From assembly GCA_964472315.1 (NCBI GenBank), contig CAYYJS010000002.1:54315-118314 (forward strand): 64,000 bases of DNA. Reading direction: 5' to 3'. The position numbers were made by a program, and so were the translations under genes. This stretch comes from an uncultured Victivallales bacterium (lineage in GTDB: Bacteria > Verrucomicrobiota > Kiritimatiellia > UBA8416). Numbering within the stretch: the first letter of the stretch is position 1; each line of letters starts with the position of its first letter. This document shows, piece by piece, positions 41,123 through 50,222 of this stretch. A model generated the notes under the pieces. It was not told the origin of the DNA. It searched no databases and saw only the letters and a program-made list of their open reading frames with translations.

Positions 41123-42973
41123 CACTCTGGAAACCTGCCGAGTACCGATTGTCGCTCACGCCGCTGCCGGTTGCCATCGGGATGGGGCCGGTATAGTACG
41201 GCCATCCTCGCCCTGCTGATCGTGACCGCGGGTGTCTACCTGAGCGTACGTCAGCACGACTTCGTCGGCTTCGATGACGATGTGTACGTCCTCGATAACC
41301 CGTACCTGCGGGATGGGCTGTCGCTGAAGGGATTGCGCTGGGCGGCCACCGCCGTTCACGCGTCCACATGGCAGCCGGTGGTGTGGTTGTCGTTCATGCT
41401 GGACGCCGAGGTCTACGGTATCGATCCGGCCGGTTTCCACATGACCAACGTCGGCCTGCACCTGCTGAATGTCCTGCTGGTTGCCGTGGTGCTTGCCCGG
41501 GTCACCGGACAGCCCTGGTGTGCCGCGAGCGTGGCGGCGTTGTTTGCGCTGCATCCGGTGCATGTCGAATCCGTCGCCTGGGTCGCGGAACGGAAAGACG
41601 TGCTCAGCACCGTGTGCTGGTGGCTTTCCGTCGCCGCGTATGCCTCCTGGGTGCGCGAACCGCACCGGCGCGGCAGGTACGCGGTACTGCTCGGCGTCTA
41701 CATGGTCGGCCTCATGGCGAAACCCATGCTGGTCAGCCTGCCCGTCCTGCTGATCCTGATGGACTGGTGGCCGATGCGCCGTTGGGAAGGGTGGCGGCGA
41801 CAGTGTCGCGAGAAGTGGCCGCTTCTGGTGCCGGCCATCCTGTCGTCGGCCATCGCCGTCCATGTCCAGCATGCCGGGGGCTCTCTGCTGCCGATGGATG
41901 CCGTTCCGTGGTGGGGTCGCGTGGGTAACGCGCTGGTCTGCCCATGGCGCTATGTGGGCAACCTCGTATGGCCGCGTCATTTGGCGGTGCTCTATCCGCA
42001 TCCCGGCACGTGGTCGCTGGTACCGGTTGCCTTGTCCCTGACCGCCCTGGCGGCGACCCTTTACGCGGCGTGGCGTGCGCGCGCGCGCCGGCCGTGGCTG
42101 TGGTTTGGTTGCGTGTGGTTCCTTGTGGCCCTGCTGCCGGTGTCCGGACTGGTGCAGATCGGTTGGCATGCGATGGCCGACCGCTTCATGTACGTGCCCG
42201 CCATCGGCCTCTACGTGGCGCTCGTCTGGACGGTTGCGGCGTGCGGTGCGGACCCCGCCCGCCGCCGGGTCGCGGTCGGCCTCGGCCTTGTGACGCTTGT
42301 CGCGCTCGCGGCATGCTCGCGCCGGCAGATATCGTTCTGGGAGTCCAGCACCGTCTTATTCCAGCGTGCCGTCGACGTGACGGCCGACAACTGGATGATG
42401 GAAAACAGTCTGGGGGCGGCCTTGGAGCGGGCGGGCCGGTTCGCCGAAGCCGAGCCGCACATCCGGCGATCCATCGCCATCAAACCCGATCGATACCGCG
42501 CCTACTACAACCTGGGTTGCCTCGCGGTGCGCCGCGGCAACCACGATCTGGCCGAGCAGGCCTTCCGCGACGCGATTGAGCGGCATCCGGGGCACATCAA
42601 GTCGCGCCACAATCTATCGGTCGTCCTTGCGGCGCGGGCGCGACTGCCCGAAGCGGTGGACGCGGCACGCGCGTTGTTGGCGCGTGAACCGGGGCACGTG
42701 CCGGCCATGAACAACCTGGCATGCTGGCTTCGCGAACTCGGACGCACGGAGGAATCCCTGGCGGAGTTCGCGCGGATGGTCGAACGGGAGCCGGGGTATG
42801 TGATCGGGCGCTTCAACTACGGCGTGGCGCTCCTCGACGCCGGACGGCTGACGGAGGCCGCCCGCCAGTTTCAGGATGTCCTCGCCGCGCTACCCGACCA
42901 TGCGGGGGCGGCGACGGGGCTGGCGCGCGCGCGCGACGCGGCGCGTGCTCCCGTCAGCCCGACGCGGCATTGA
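41123..42973 (+). CDS. GT-C-fold polytopic membrane protein with C-terminal TPR repeats (TMTC/DUF1736-like putative glycosyltransferase)
   Basis: About 11 TM helices. FDDDVYVLDNPYL loop motif. Four or five TPR units at the C-terminus. Start uncertain (GTG 41084 or ATG 41123). Confidence 0.6.
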   Translation, partial: HSGNLPSTDCRSRRCRLPSGWGRYSTAILALLIVTAGVYLSVRQHDFVGFDDDVYVLDNPYLRDGLSLKGLRWAATAVHASTWQPVVWLSFMLDAEVYGIDPAGFHMTNVGLHLLNVLLVAVVLARVTGQPWCAASVAALFALHPVHVESVAWVAERKDVLSTVCWWLSVAAYASWVREPHRRGRYAVLLGVYMVGLMAKPMLVSLPVLLILMDWWPMRRWEGWRRQCREKWPLLVPAILSSAIAVHVQHAGGSLLPMDAVPWWGRVGNALVCPWRYVGNLVWPRHLAVLYPHPGTWSLVPVALSLTALAATLYAAWRARARRPWLWFGCVWFLVALLPVSGLVQIGWHAMADRFMYVPAIGLYVALVWTVAACGADPARRRVAVGLGLVTLVALAACSRRQISFWESSTVLFQRAVDVTADNWMMENSLGAALERAGRFAEAEPHIRRSIAIKPDRYRAYYNLGCLAVRRGNHDLAEQAFRDAIERHPGHIKSRHNLSVVLAARARLPEAVDAARALLAREPGHVPAMNNLACWLRELGRTEESLAEFARMVEREPGYVIGRFNYGVALLDAGRLTEAARQFQDVLAALPDHAGAATGLARARDAARAPVSPTRH

Positions 42974-44288
42974 CCGCGTCGCGCAGCCAGTTCAGTTGTG
43001 TCTCGCGGTCGGCGTCCGCCCCGTCCAGTTGACGGTCATACGCCTCGCGCAGCCATGCCCCGATCGCCGGTCCCGACGGCACGCCCAGCGCCAGCAGATC
43101 CCGCCCCGTGATCCACGCCGGCGGAAGCACCGGCTCTTCCACCATTTCCGCGTGGCTCTGGCGCAGGAACTCGTAATGATCCAGAATGCCGTGCGAGGCC
43201 AGGCAATCGAGCCGGTGCAGTTCGAGTTCGATCGGGAACGTCGCGGCGCCGATCATGCGCCGCAAAGTCGAGCGTCGCATGCGCCGTACGTCGGTGAACC
43301 GCATATGGTTGGCGACGCATGGGACCACCGCATCGATCAGACGACGCGGCAGCTTGAGTCGCAGGAGTATGGTGTCGGCCATGGCCGCCCCGACCGAGGC
43401 ATGGTTGTTGAACCGCAGTCGTTCGCCGTCGAGCGTTGCCGTGCGGGGCTTCCCGACATCGTGAAGGAGCACGGCATAGGCCAGTTCCGCCGACCGGTCG
43501 ACCATGAGGTTGAGCATGAGGCAGGTGTGGGTGAGGACATCGCCTTCGGGATGGAATTCGGGAGGTTGGGCTTGTCCGCGCATGGCGCCCGCCTCGGGCA
43601 GGATGACGTTCAGCAACCCCAAGGCGTGGAGCTGCTCAATCGCGTCGCCGGGGCGTCGGGGCTCCAGCAGGATGCGGGTGAGTTCGACCTGCACGCGTTC
43701 GACGCTGATCCGGGCCAGCGATGCGGCATGGCGCGCGATGGCCTCGGCGGTCGCCGGGTGCAACGTGAAGTCGAGGGTGGCCGCGAAGCGCACGGCGCGC
43801 AGCAGACGGAGATGGTCCTCGTCGAAACGCCTGTCGGGGTCTCCGACACAGCGGATGCAACGGGCGGCCAGATCGTGCCGTCCTCCGACGAAGTCATGGA
43901 TGCGATCCGTCGCGGGGTCATAGAACAGGGCGTTGACCGTGAAATCGCGCCGCGCGGCATCGTCCTCGGGGGTGGTGAACGTGACCCGGTCCGGACGGCG
44001 TCCATCGGTGTAGCCCTCGTCGTGCCGGAAGGTGGCCACCTCGTAGTGCGTGTCGCCGAGCGGCACGGTGACCACGCCGAAGGCCTTGCCGACGGTCAAC
44101 GCTTCGGGAAACAGCGCGATGACGGTGTCGGGGAGGGCGTTTGTGGCGATGTCGTAGTCGGCGGGCGTTCGCCCGAGAAGGGCATCGCGGACGCATCCGC
44201 CGGCCCAATAGGCGATATAGCCGGCCCGCTGGAGGCGGGATGCGATTTCACGCGCGCCGTTGGCGGGACCGTTGTCGGACAGTTCCAT
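42954..44288 (-). CDS. cca: CCA-adding tRNA nucleotidyltransferase (head domain + HD domain)
   Basis: GGCVRDALLG ... DYDIAT nucleotidyltransferase motif. HD motif LLHDVGK. Confidence 0.85.
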   Translation of the reverse strand: MELSDNGPANGAREIASRLQRAGYIAYWAGGCVRDALLGRTPADYDIATNALPDTVIALFPEALTVGKAFGVVTVPLGDTHYEVATFRHDEGYTDGRRPDRVTFTTPEDDAARRDFTVNALFYDPATDRIHDFVGGRHDLAARCIRCVGDPDRRFDEDHLRLLRAVRFAATLDFTLHPATAEAIARHAASLARISVERVQVELTRILLEPRRPGDAIEQLHALGLLNVILPEAGAMRGQAQPPEFHPEGDVLTHTCLMLNLMVDRSAELAYAVLLHDVGKPRTATLDGERLRFNNHASVGAAMADTILLRLKLPRRLIDAVVPCVANHMRFTDVRRMRRSTLRRMIGAATFPIELELHRLDCLASHGILDHYEFLRQSHAEMVEEPVLPPAWITGRDLLALGVPSGPAIGAWLREAYDRQLDGADADRETQLNWLRDAVNAASG

Positions 44289-44306
44289 GCGTTGTGCCCG
44301 TGTCGC

Positions 44307-45137
44307 CTACACCGCGGTCTCGGCGCACAGGGCCGTGAGGAAATCGTGGACGACCGCCGCCATTACCGGCATGCGATCGCGTGTGACCGCGAGCACATCG
44401 TCATGCGTCAGTCCTCCGGTATGCACGCCGGCGGCATGGTTGGTGATGCAGGAGACCGCGGCCACGCGCAGGCCGAGGGCGGCGCCGAGCATGGCCTCGG
44501 GCACCGTGGACATGCCGATGGCGTCGGCCCCCATCGTTCGGAAGGCCTTGACCTCGGCGGGCGTTTCGTAGAACGGGCCTGAGACGGCGAGATAGACGCC
44601 TTCGTGCAGCGTGACGGGGTACGGCGCGGCCGCCGTGCGCATGCGCGAACGCAAGTCGGTATCGTAGACGGCCGACTGGTCGGGAAAGCGGGCGCCCCAA
44701 AAAGGGATGTGGGGGCCGGCAAGCGGGTTGGCGCCGATGGCGTTGATATGGTCCCGCACGAGCATCAGATCGCCCGGCGACATGGCGGCATCGATGGCGC
44801 CGGCGGCGTTCGTCAAGAGGAGCGTCGAAGCCCCGTGCGTACGTGCGAGATAGACCGGGAACGCGATGGGTGTCCACCCCTGGCCTTCGTACCAATGACG
44901 CCGGCCCTGAAAGACCAGGAGTTCCCGTCCGGCCAACCGACACCGATGGAGCGTCCCATCGTGGCCCTTGACGCCGGGCGTTCCGAGGCAGGGGATATCG
45001 CGGAATGGCAGTGATGCGACCACATCCAGCGACTCCACGAGCGCGCCCCAACCGGACCCCAGGACTGCAACGCCATGCGCCGGCGTGGCGCCGATGGCCT
45101 GTCTGACGATCCGGTCGGAATCGACCAGCGACTCCAT
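44307..45137 (-). CDS. Purine nucleoside phosphorylase / MTA phosphorylase family
   Basis: VLGSGWG phosphate-binding motif. GMSTVPEA. About 275 aa from the internal start MESLVDSD. Confidence 0.8.
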   Translation of the reverse strand: MESLVDSDRIVRQAIGATPAHGVAVLGSGWGALVESLDVVASLPFRDIPCLGTPGVKGHDGTLHRCRLAGRELLVFQGRRHWYEGQGWTPIAFPVYLARTHGASTLLLTNAAGAIDAAMSPGDLMLVRDHINAIGANPLAGPHIPFWGARFPDQSAVYDTDLRSRMRTAAAPYPVTLHEGVYLAVSGPFYETPAEVKAFRTMGADAIGMSTVPEAMLGAALGLRVAAVSCITNHAAGVHTGGLTHDDVLAVTRDRMPVMAAVVHDFLTALCAETAV

Positions 45138-45361
45138 ATCGATCGTGTTCGGGTTGTTCGGGTTCACGGTCGGAATATAGGCGAAACCGGTACGGTTTGA
45201 AAGCGGGAACCGTGCGCGCTGGTGTTCCACGTGCGATTGGGGTGCGATTGGTTCCGGTGCCGTGGTTGTGTGTCCGGCCGGTGTGTGCTAGAGTTCATGA
45301 CGAGTTCCAACCCGATGGTGCCGGCGGATATCTCGAGGCACAACGAAAGGACGCTGTGGCC

Positions 45362-45706
45362 ATGTTTCGCGGTGCGACGGTAACGGATTTTCAGAGAAAG
45401 GTTTATGAAGCGGTTGTTCGGGTGCCGCCTGGGTGTGTGACGACGTACCGAGACCTTGCGGAGGCGATTGGATGCCGCTCGCCGCGCGCGGTCGGCCAGG
45501 CGTTGCGGCGCAACCCGTTTGCCCCGGGCGTGCCTTGTCACCGGGTGGTGGCCGCCGACCTGACGATCGGGGGCTTTCAGGGAGAGAGGTCCGGGGCCGC
45601 CGTCTTAAGCAAGATCCGGCTTCTTGCACGTGAGGGCGTCTCCTTTTCCGGCGGTCATCTTGCGGATTCCCGACGTCGGTTTGTGTTCGACCGGAAAAGC
45701 GCTTGA
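45362..45706 (+). CDS. MGMT-family (O6-alkylguanine-DNA alkyltransferase C-terminal domain) protein, short form
   Basis: VPCHRVV active-site motif. About 115 aa, i.e. the catalytic domain only (YbaZ-like). Confidence 0.7.
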   Translation: MFRGATVTDFQRKVYEAVVRVPPGCVTTYRDLAEAIGCRSPRAVGQALRRNPFAPGVPCHRVVAADLTIGGFQGERSGAAVLSKIRLLAREGVSFSGGHLADSRRRFVFDRKSA

Positions 45707-45775
45707 CCGTGGCAGGGGCGTGGCACTACCCTTGCGGTGCGAGTTTCGGTGAGCAAGGGGAAGGGAGTTGGCAGT

Positions 45776-46453
45776 ATGAACTATGGTCTGATCGTAGCGG
45801 CAGGGAAGAGCGAACGCATGGGGCCCAAAGTGGACAAGGCATTCCTCAGCCTTGGTACGAAGCCCGTGCTCGCCTACGCGCTCGATGCGTTCGAGCGGTG
45901 CGAGGATATCGACGGGATCGTGCTCGTCGTGCGGAAGGATCGCGTCGACGCGGCCCGCAACCTCGTGCAGATGTATGGATTCGCGAAGGTCCGTCGGGTC
46001 GTGGCCGGCGGGGCGCAACGTCAGGATTCCGTCGCCATCGGGTTGGCGGAAATGGGACCCGAGGTCCGTATCGTGGCGGTTCACGACGGCGCCCGGCCCT
46101 GTGTCTCCACGGACATCATCGCCGAGACGATCAAGTCCGCAAAGCGGAATGGCTCGGGTGTGGCCGCCATGAAGGTGACTGACACGGTGAAGTATGTCGA
46201 GCGCGGCATGACCGTGACGAAGACCGTCGACCGCAGCAAATTCTGGACCGTACAGACGCCGCAGACGTTCAAGCGCGAACTGCTGGAGCAGGCCTTCGAC
46301 AAACTGACCAAATCGCACGCGATGGTGACGGACGAAGCCACCGCGGTGGAATTGCTCGGCGAACCGGTGCGACTCGTGCCGTCTTCGGCCGCGAATATCA
46401 AGATCACATCGCCGGACGACCTGCCGTTGGCCGCGGCGTTGCTGAAACTGTAG
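45776..46453 (+). CDS. ispD: 2-C-methyl-D-erythritol 4-phosphate cytidylyltransferase
   Basis: LIVAAGKSERMG nucleotide-binding motif. About 225 aa. Confidence 0.85.
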   Translation: MNYGLIVAAGKSERMGPKVDKAFLSLGTKPVLAYALDAFERCEDIDGIVLVVRKDRVDAARNLVQMYGFAKVRRVVAGGAQRQDSVAIGLAEMGPEVRIVAVHDGARPCVSTDIIAETIKSAKRNGSGVAAMKVTDTVKYVERGMTVTKTVDRSKFWTVQTPQTFKRELLEQAFDKLTKSHAMVTDEATAVELLGEPVRLVPSSAANIKITSPDDLPLAAALLKL

Positions 46454-46469
46454 GAGCGGATGGCAGCGG

Positions 46470-47204
46470 GTGATGAGCAGCACGAAGTACGCGATACTCG
46501 GCGATATCCACGCCAACTGGGAAGCCCTGACGGCCGTTCTGGCCGATGCCGAGGCCAATGGGGTTACCGCGTACGTATGCGTGGGCGATATCGTCGGTTA
46601 CAATGCGAATCCCGCGGAGTGTCTGAAGCGTGTGCGTGAACTCTGCACGGCCGTCGTCCGGGGCAACCACGACCACTATTGTTCGCACGACGAGTGCCTG
46701 GAGGACTTCCAGCCGCTGGCGGCCAATGTTGTCGACTGGACGCGCCAGCAACTGTCGCGCGACGACGTGCAATACCTGCGCAACCTGCGGCTGACCGACA
46801 TGGTCAACGGGTTCACGCTCGTTCACAGCACGTTGGACATGCCCGAAAAGTGGGGCTATGTGCTCGATACGCTGGAAGCCGAAGCCAATTTCAACTACCA
46901 GACGTCAGCCGTCTGTTTTCACGGACACACGCATGTGCCGGTGGTGTACGAGCGGCACGGCCGTGTGGTGCGGCGTGACGTATCCTCGCTGCGGATCACG
47001 CTGGGCCGCAAGTATTTCATCAACACCGGGAGCGTGGGGCAGCCGCGCGATGGCGACGCGCGGGCGTCATACGTGATCTATGCGCCGAACGATCGGCATG
47101 TCGAGTTCCGCCGGGTGCCTTACGACATCGCGACCGCGCAGTCCAAGATCCGCGCCGCGGGGCTGCCGGAGCGCGCGGCCAAACGGCTCGAGCTGGGGAT
47201 CTAG
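46470..47204 (+). CDS. Calcineurin-like metallophosphoesterase
   Basis: GDIHAN ... GDIVGY ... GNHD metal-binding motifs. Confidence 0.75.
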   Translation: MMSSTKYAILGDIHANWEALTAVLADAEANGVTAYVCVGDIVGYNANPAECLKRVRELCTAVVRGNHDHYCSHDECLEDFQPLAANVVDWTRQQLSRDDVQYLRNLRLTDMVNGFTLVHSTLDMPEKWGYVLDTLEAEANFNYQTSAVCFHGHTHVPVVYERHGRVVRRDVSSLRITLGRKYFINTGSVGQPRDGDARASYVIYAPNDRHVEFRRVPYDIATAQSKIRAAGLPERAAKRLELGI

Positions 47205-47213
47205 GGCGGCGGC

Positions 47214-49121
47214 CTACGCCAGCAGGCGTTGTTTCAGTTCCAGGTAGCGCTCGGTGTAGCGCGGCCCCATCTGGGATTCCCGATGGTCGAACCCGAATGC
47301 GCGGCGTTTGATCGCCAGGACCGGTGGCGCCTGGATCCGTTTTGCCACACCCATGCCCTCGTAGAGGGTCCACCACCGCTCGAGGTCCGCGATAAAGGCG
47401 GCCGTGTCGGCAAACAGCGCGTCGAGGCGTCCGGGGTAGCCGATACGTTCGGCGAGACTGCCGTCGGCATGCCAGGCGAGGATCTCCTCCGGTGTAACGC
47501 GGTTCCACCACTCGACCCAACTGGCGAACAGGCAGTCGTGATAGGCATAGACCAACGGGTCGCCCTTGCCTTCGTCGACGTTCTGCGCGGCGCTGAGTTC
47601 CGCCGACGGCGTGACCGTCAAGGACCCTTCCGGGATGAGCGGACGACCGGCGACGACCGTGTTGACATGGCGTGCGAGTTCATAGACCTGGGTCTTCCAG
47701 AGGTCGCCGATGGCGGCGAGATAGCCGCCAAGGTCGCCGTAGAGCGTCGTATAGCCGACCGTCATTTCGGATTTGTTTGCATTGCAGGTGAAGACGCCGC
47801 CAAACGCGCCGGCCAGTGCGGCGAGGACGCGGGCCGACCGGTCCCGTGCCTGCACATTCTCCCGCGCGAAATCCGAGAGCGACAGGGTCAGTTCTCGTGT
47901 GTCGCCCGCGTCCGCGATGCGCAGACCATCGACCTGCCGCACGGTCAGCGCGACGCTGTCCTCGATGGGAATATCGGCATAGAAGCATCCGAGATTCGCG
48001 GCCAGACGGCGTGCAAGGCCGCGGGTGGTCGGGCTGTTGTAGCGGCTCGGCATGTTCACGAGCAGCAAGCGCTCCGGCGTCAGTACCTGGGCGTGGATGG
48101 CCGCCACCAGCGCCGAATCGATGCCGCCCGACGCCCCGATGACCACGCGGTCGCATCCGCAGGCGGCCAGGAAGCGTCGCGTGCCGTAGGTCAGCGCCGT
48201 CCACATGTCGGCGGTCGTGTCCTCGTCCAGTCCGGGTTCGGTGCCGAACGCGACGCCCGGTGCGAGCGGGATATCGAACGTCAGCGTCGTATCGGCGAAC
48301 GGCTGACCGCAAGGCACGTGAAGACCGGCGCCGTCGTAAATGCTGGACTTGCCGTCGAAGGTGTAGACGGTCTTGCCGTTGTTCTGGATGCCGACATGGT
48401 TCACGTAGACCAGCGGACGGCCCAGCCGGCGGGCGTGCGCGGCGAAAACGCGGTTCCGCTTGTGGTTCTTGTTCAGGGTGAATGGCGATGCGCTGGCGTT
48501 GATGAAGAGATCGATGGTGGGGTCGCGAGCGAGCATGGCCAGCGGCGATACGGCGTAGTCCATGTCCCACGCGTCCTCGCACAGCACGCAACCCAACGTG
48601 AACCGCGCCGTGCGGACCGGACGGAGCAGTTCGGCCAGCGGGCGCCCTTCCTCGTACGCCAGTTTGCGGAGATCGAAGAAATGGCGGCTGTCATCGAATT
48701 GGCGGTAATTCGGGAGCAGCGTCTTGATTGCAAACGGATAGGGGGCGTCCGCCGGACCGACGAATTGCCCTCGCTCGGCGACAAACAGAGCGTTGTACTT
48801 GCGCGCCCGTCCGTCCTCGTTGCGGCGCCGCCAGTCGACGGCGACGTTCCCGAAAACCACCACGAGCCCCGTGGCGCGCTCCCGGATGAGGTTGCCGCAC
48901 CGTTCGCATTCGCGCAGGAATGCCGCGTATTCCCATTCGTCCCCCAGGAGGTAACCGGGTATCGCCATCTCCGGAAAGACCAGTAGTTCCACCCCGTCCC
49001 GGTGGGCTTCGTCGATCAGGTCGCACATGCGTCGCGTGTTGGCGACGGGGCGGCCGGGGATGACCTCGATCTGGGCGAGTCGGGTTCGCACCGTGCCGGG
49101 CAATGCTGGCCGTTCGGACAT
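47214..49121 (-). CDS. nadE: Glutamine-dependent NAD+ synthetase (CN-hydrolase + NAD synthetase domains)
   Basis: N-terminal nitrilase-like domain (LLVFPEMAIPGY). C-terminal PP-loop SGGIDSALVAA. Confidence 0.9.
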   Translation of the reverse strand: MSERPALPGTVRTRLAQIEVIPGRPVANTRRMCDLIDEAHRDGVELLVFPEMAIPGYLLGDEWEYAAFLRECERCGNLIRERATGLVVVFGNVAVDWRRRNEDGRARKYNALFVAERGQFVGPADAPYPFAIKTLLPNYRQFDDSRHFFDLRKLAYEEGRPLAELLRPVRTARFTLGCVLCEDAWDMDYAVSPLAMLARDPTIDLFINASASPFTLNKNHKRNRVFAAHARRLGRPLVYVNHVGIQNNGKTVYTFDGKSSIYDGAGLHVPCGQPFADTTLTFDIPLAPGVAFGTEPGLDEDTTADMWTALTYGTRRFLAACGCDRVVIGASGGIDSALVAAIHAQVLTPERLLLVNMPSRYNSPTTRGLARRLAANLGCFYADIPIEDSVALTVRQVDGLRIADAGDTRELTLSLSDFARENVQARDRSARVLAALAGAFGGVFTCNANKSEMTVGYTTLYGDLGGYLAAIGDLWKTQVYELARHVNTVVAGRPLIPEGSLTVTPSAELSAAQNVDEGKGDPLVYAYHDCLFASWVEWWNRVTPEEILAWHADGSLAERIGYPGRLDALFADTAAFIADLERWWTLYEGMGVAKRIQAPPVLAIKRRAFGFDHRESQMGPRYTERYLELKQRLLA

Positions 49122-49142
49122 CTTGGGAGTCCTCCACGCAAA

Positions 49143-49323
49143 CTAGTGTTCGGCGCCGTCGGCGAGTTCGGCCGTCGGGGGATTCCCGCTGTCGATGCGA
49201 GCCCGCTGCTCGCCCCAGAAGTTCCGCTCGATGCGCCGCAGCCGGGTCAGGAAGTGCCACAGCGTCGCGCCAAGCGCGGCCGCGGCCACCGTGCTCAACA
49301 TCAGCATGAGGAGGTTTCGCATA
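49143..49323 (-). CDS. Possible small single-TM protein (59 aa), not in the supplied ORF track
   Basis: Reverse-complement reading gives MRNLLMLMLSTVAAAALGATLWHFLTRLRRIERNFWGEQRARIDSGNPPTAELADGAEH. It sits directly upstream of nadE on the same strand. No clear RBS. Confidence 0.25.
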
Positions 49324-49436
49324 CCCGCATACTAGGTGCCGCGTGCCGGGGATGCAAGCCGGACGGTACGGCGGTTGCCGTCGACTGAACCCGTTTCCAT
49401 TTGCATCGTCCCTCCGGCGCGGGTAATCTATAGCTC

Positions 49437-50216
49437 ATGAGAGTGACGCATAACAGGGCGTTGATCAGGGTGGTCATGGTAGTCCTCGGCACGGGTGCCG
49501 CGATGGCGGCGGGAGCGGACTTCTCGCGTTACCAGAGCATTCTTGACCGGCGCCCTTTCGGGGCCGGCGAAAAAGCCGAGGCGGGTGAACCGGCGCGCGT
49601 CACGATGCCGGCGCAGGCGCCGTCGTTTGTGAAGGGCCTGCGTATGTGCGCGATCACCGAGAGCGATATCGGAACGCGTGTCGGCTTCGTCGAGATCGGG
49701 GGCAAGACGCCGAAGTCATACTACCTCTACGTCGGGGATGTTGAAGACGGCATTCAACTCGTCGATGCGGATTACGAGCGAGAGGGCGCGTTGCTGCGCA
49801 AGGGCGACGAGCAGTACTGGATCTACATGCGCGAGAATCAACCGACCGCGGTTTCGGAAGCGATGCCGCCCGGGCCTTCCGGTTCTCCCGCCCGGTCGCG
49901 AGTTGTCGGCATCCCCGCTCCCGGCGAGCGTACGCTGCGTGAACCGGCGATGGACGGCGCGCCTTTGACCGCGGGCGGCGCGCGCGAGTCGTATGCCGAG
50001 AGACGCCGCCGCCGACTCGATGAAATGCGGCAGCGCGTGCGGTCGTCGCGCGAGATTGAACCCGAGGATCTCGAGCAGCGGTTGCAGGATTACCAGATGC
50101 ACCTGATCCGTTCGGGGAAGACGCCGTTGCCGATTCCCTTGACGCCGGAAGCCGACCAGAAGCTGGTCGACGAAGGCGTACTGCCGCCGGTCGAAGCGTC
50201 CGCACCCAAGGAGTAG
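49437..50216 (+). CDS. Secreted hypothetical protein, paralog A of a tandem pair
   Basis: Signal peptide. Conserved DFSRYQSILDRRPFG, RMCAIT ... RVGFVEIGG, KSYYLYVGD ... LVDADYERE and a C-terminal LPIPLTPEADQKLVDEGVL. Confidence 0.55.
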   Translation: MRVTHNRALIRVVMVVLGTGAAMAAGADFSRYQSILDRRPFGAGEKAEAGEPARVTMPAQAPSFVKGLRMCAITESDIGTRVGFVEIGGKTPKSYYLYVGDVEDGIQLVDADYEREGALLRKGDEQYWIYMRENQPTAVSEAMPPGPSGSPARSRVVGIPAPGERTLREPAMDGAPLTAGGARESYAERRRRRLDEMRQRVRSSREIEPEDLEQRLQDYQMHLIRSGKTPLPIPLTPEADQKLVDEGVLPPVEASAPKE

Positions 50217-50222
50217 CCATCC

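Noticed and set aside
39000-41369. 789-aa ORF on the minus strand
   Set aside because: Antisense to clpP and clpX, which are unambiguous. The product is Arg/Gly/Pro/His-rich, typical of reverse-frame read-through in GC-rich DNA.
42876-48986. ORFs 42876..44582 (+), 45605..46558 (-) and 47229..48986 (+)
   Set aside because: Antisense to cca/PNP, ispD and nadE respectively. All have biased Arg/Gly composition.
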